Below are positions 61,701-64,000 of a stretch of 64,000 bases of DNA, piece after piece. The notes beneath the pieces were generated by a model that was given only the letters and a program-made list of their open reading frames with translations, had not been told where the DNA came from and did no database searches. The DNA is taken from assembly GCA_951406725.2 (NCBI GenBank), contig OX597824.1, positions 86,180,001 through 86,244,000 on the forward strand. Reading direction: 5' to 3'. The number at the start of each line of letters is the position of its first letter. Position 1 is the first letter of the stretch. The translations under genes and the position numbers were made by a program. This stretch comes from Octopus vulgaris (Eukaryota).

Positions 61701-63646
61701 TCTGATTTGGCATGGTTTTCTATGGCTGGGTGGGGCAAAATGATCTGACACATTTGTAGGTTTAATAACATTTTTTTCATTCTTTTCTCTATTTCGCTTT
61801 TATTAAACCTACAAATGTGTCAGGTCATGATGCCACCCTGCTGGCTAACAGAAGAAAGAGTGAGAGAAAGTTGTGGTGAAAGTGCACAGCAGGGATTGTC
61901 ACCACCCCCTGCCAGAGCCTCATGGAGCTTTTAGGTGTTTTCACTCAAAAAATACTCATAACGCCCAGTCTGGGAATTGAAACCGCGATCCTATGACTGC
62001 GAGTCTGCTGCCCTAACCGCTGGGCCATTGCGCCTCCACACTAACCAATATATAAACACACGCATACACACATGCACACACAGAGATATCTCTCCCAGAA
62101 GGAAACAGAAGGTTTTACCTGTTAATTCGAGGCAAGGAAGCACCACGTAGTTTACGCTGAGCTTGAGCAATTTCCTCGTTTTTCCTTTTCAAGATTTTCT
62201 GCTGCTGGAGGTTACGCTGTTCCAATTGCTTCACACGAACTTTCTCTCGCTGCATCACTCGCTGGGGAAAAAGGGGAAATGATAAATACAGCCAAATCTA
62301 CAAGACGAAGGGTTGGGCCATATTCATTGCCTAAGTTCATCTTAACAAATTTGTTTCTCAAAATTGCGAGGGATAAGCTGAATCAGTAACATGAAGAAGA
62401 GAATGCCTCATACAATTCTTTATTTCTAAGACAAGGAATTGTATTAAGTATAACGTTTATATTAATTGGACGGTGTTCTCATCTCGATTGCTATTTTTTG
62501 TTTGGTTGTTGAACACTCCAGCTTTCTCCAGGTGTCTTGTGCTGAACTCAAGTTGTATCAGAATTTTGAACCCAACCCTTTATTGAATTCACGAGGGTAC
62601 TCTGTTCTCATTCAGCTCTCTGCAGGCATAGCATGGTAGATCAAACCAGTATGATCACAAGCTCAAATTCTTAGCCTCCACATCAAGCCATAGTTAGTGG
62701 AGAGAACATGCTGAGGCCTTCCGCCTTTATTTCTAAGACAAGGAATTGAATGGATGGATGCAGAAGCTGTAGAAGATCTTGACTTTGCAGATGATATAGC
62801 ACTGCTTTCACAGATATATAGCCAAATGCAAAATAAAACGTCAAAATTAGAAGCAATAGCTGCCAAACTAGGATTGAAAGTCAACCGCGACAAATCAAAA
62901 ATTATGCGCGTTAATGAAGAAAACAGCGAATGCATTGAAATAGGAACCAGTGAACAAGAGGACTAAGGTTTGGTGGAAAATTTTAATTCAAAACTTATGA
63001 AAAAAAGACATTTGTACTACAGGGCCAGAAGTGGTTTCAGCTGGGTTGGTATCAAGAGGGTTAATGCCTTATTATCTAACACTCACAGGTTCAATTTCCT
63101 CTTGAAGTGTGATGGAGGAAAAAGACGACAGAAAAAGAAGCAAAAGGGAGATAGAAATACATAAGGCCTTATCTGTTGACCTAGGCAGGAAGAGCAATCA
63201 CTCTCAAGAAATAAACACGTCCTTGCACGCTGCCGTCTCTCATCGAACTCCCCACACATGCTTTTTGCCCACGCATGCCCCTGTAGCTCTTATGGCAGCC
63301 CTTGCAGTCTTCACTTCCGTTTGCCTCATCTGCAATCCTCTCCACCAACACCACATAGCTCATCACAGCCCATAACACCACAAGCACCACATTATTTATA
63401 CACATCTTTTATGAAAATAATATTCAGAAACTGATAAAAGTTAATTTGAGGTTAAACATCCACCCACTAAAATTAAGACAAAAAGTAGAAACAAAAACAA
63501 CAAAAAAACACACAAAACAAAACCAAACTAAATCTTGAAACTTTACCTCTATTTTAGACTTCTTGTCATGTTCTTCTTTCAATTTTCTCTGCAAAGTCTC
63601 ATGTTGTTGCTTCATTTTCAGTACAGACAGTTTCAAGTCTTCAATT
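40772..63646 (-). CDS. KIF27: Kinesin-like protein KIF27/KIF7 (Costal2-related kinesin-4), C-terminal coiled-coil exons; 5' part lies beyond the window end
   Basis: Minus-strand exons 63646-63547, 62261-62119, 60367-60271, 58495-58391, 56018-55804, 50410-50299, 47606-47469, 45959-45769, 44914-44814, 43725-43659, 43250-43111, 40800-40772 (stop), all GT-AG and phase-consistent. Peptides QQQKILKRKNEEIA, LDLEVEKILDQRQQLEEL, KKLRSSQ, LEEAVEELDAAIEYKN, KYFEKVINFR, DRRLTQQQ and LEKELYYYKKTSRDLKKKL match the KIF7/KIF27 tail as I recall it. The last three exons rest on splice signals and phase only. Confidence 0.88.
42322..42941 (+). mobile_element. 5'-truncated RTE-clade LINE 3' end
   Basis: Open frame 42322-42909: ILYGSETWVTY..LERFHQRCL..LRWAGHVSRM..PKIALFGEL..RGAPRKCYKDCLK..CGHCSRTC..GLVSHERAC, followed by a (TGA)n tail. 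Confidence 0.9.
45993..46266 (+). mobile_element. Non-autonomous Helitron
   Basis: TCTTTATATATAAAA...CCCGAGCAATGCCGGGCGATACTGCTAG, inserted between A and T. Confidence 0.8.
50629..50953. repeat. Self-complementary minisatellite (18/28-bp units)
   Basis: Repeats of AGAGTACTCT and ACTCTATTGCAATAGAGT. Confidence 0.9.
51714..52288 (+). mobile_element. SINE family 4 with (GAT)n tail and internal tandem units; other copies ~499-657(-), ~11010-11237, ~13953-14283, ~30595-30977, ~45197-45630(-), ~49495-49935, ~52500-52907
   Basis: GAGTGGTTGGCGTTAGGAAGGGCATCCAGCTGTAGAAACTCTGCC..ACGTTAAACGATGATGAT, preceded by repeated GGTGGCACGTAAAAAGCACC units. Confidence 0.85.
53720..54195 (-). mobile_element. Penelope-like element fragment with GIY-YIG endonuclease
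   Basis: Frameshifted pieces MFVEATAHGELARRF..KIVEKPGTSIRSQ and CKVCRINCRTQNVVYSIRC..YIGETSRSIAE. VVY..YIGETSR is a GIY-YIG signature. Confidence 0.8.
57965..58353 (+). mobile_element. Non-autonomous Helitron (same family as 35600-36001 and the truncated copy at 4504-4855)
   Basis: TCTCTCTATATAAAGCTGAAGTTG...CCCGAGCAACGCTGGGCGATACTGCTAG. Confidence 0.8.
59244..59283 (+). ncRNA. Minimal type I hammerhead ribozyme motif
   Basis: CTGTG-CTGATGA-GG-AGT-AACAG-ACT-GAAA-TAT-GTC-CATAG: canonical core, GUC triplet, stem I CTGTG/CATAG. Confidence 0.6.
61726..61840. mobile_element. Short Tc1/mariner-type MITE
   Basis: ~42-bp imperfect TIRs (..TGACACATTTGTAGGTTTAATAA / TTATTAAACCTACAAATGTGTCA..CCACCCTG). 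Confidence 0.6.
62725..62965 (+). mobile_element. RTE-clade reverse transcriptase internal fragment
   Basis: RQGIEW..EDLDFADDIALLS..MQNKTSKLEAIAAKLGLKVNRDKSKIMRVN, containing the FADD catalytic motif. Confidence 0.85.
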
Positions 63647-64000
63647 CTGTCCAATTAAAGAAGGAAAAACTTTTGAGTAAGGACCAAGGTGTGCTTCTTA
63701 TTAAGTAATAGGAATCTTTTATATTTTACTTGTTGCAGCCTTTGGACAGTGGCCATGCTGGGGCACCGCCTCGAAGACTTTTAGCTGAACAACCCCTGAC
63801 ACCGAGAGCATCGACGGATGTTTGAATGCACATCCAGGGTCAGCAGTTGCGTAGGAAGTCGGGGACAAGAAACAGGAAGAGAAAGTTGGGGCGAAAGTGT
63901 ACAACAGGTGTCGCCACCCCCACCCCCTGCCTGAGCCTTGTGGAGTTTCAGGTGTTTTCGCTCAATAAACACACACAACGCCCGGTCTGGGAATCGAAAC

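Noticed and set aside
63109-63405. Overlapping ORFs in a GC-richer intronic patch
   Set aside because: I recognise no motif, and the flanking KIF27 exons join in phase without it.

Overview
AT-rich, repeat-dense animal DNA. The SINE, Helitron and microsatellite content suggests an octopus, but that is an inference. I reconstructed three spliced genes by eye. Two are intact 9-exon prostaglandin reductase 1 (PTGR1/LTB4DH-like) paralogues on the + strand (CDS 7029-20425 and 24528-36515, 330 aa each), from a ~16.5-kb tandem duplication. The third is the 3' part (12 exons) of a convergent KIF27/KIF7-family kinesin on the - strand (63646-40772). Most ORFs in the supplied track are microsatellite or SINE artefacts. 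The rest is decayed mariner, RTE, CR1 and Penelope fragments, non-autonomous Helitrons, MITEs, foldbacks, SINEs and minisatellites. Main highlights: (1) several minimal type I hammerhead ribozyme motifs, one inside a tRNA-headed, TSD-flanked element with a Penelope-like inverted tail; (2) mosaic divergence of the PTGR1 pair, with two identical exons and 21 of 27 amino-acid changes in three exons; (3) filled and empty TE sites exposed by the duplication.
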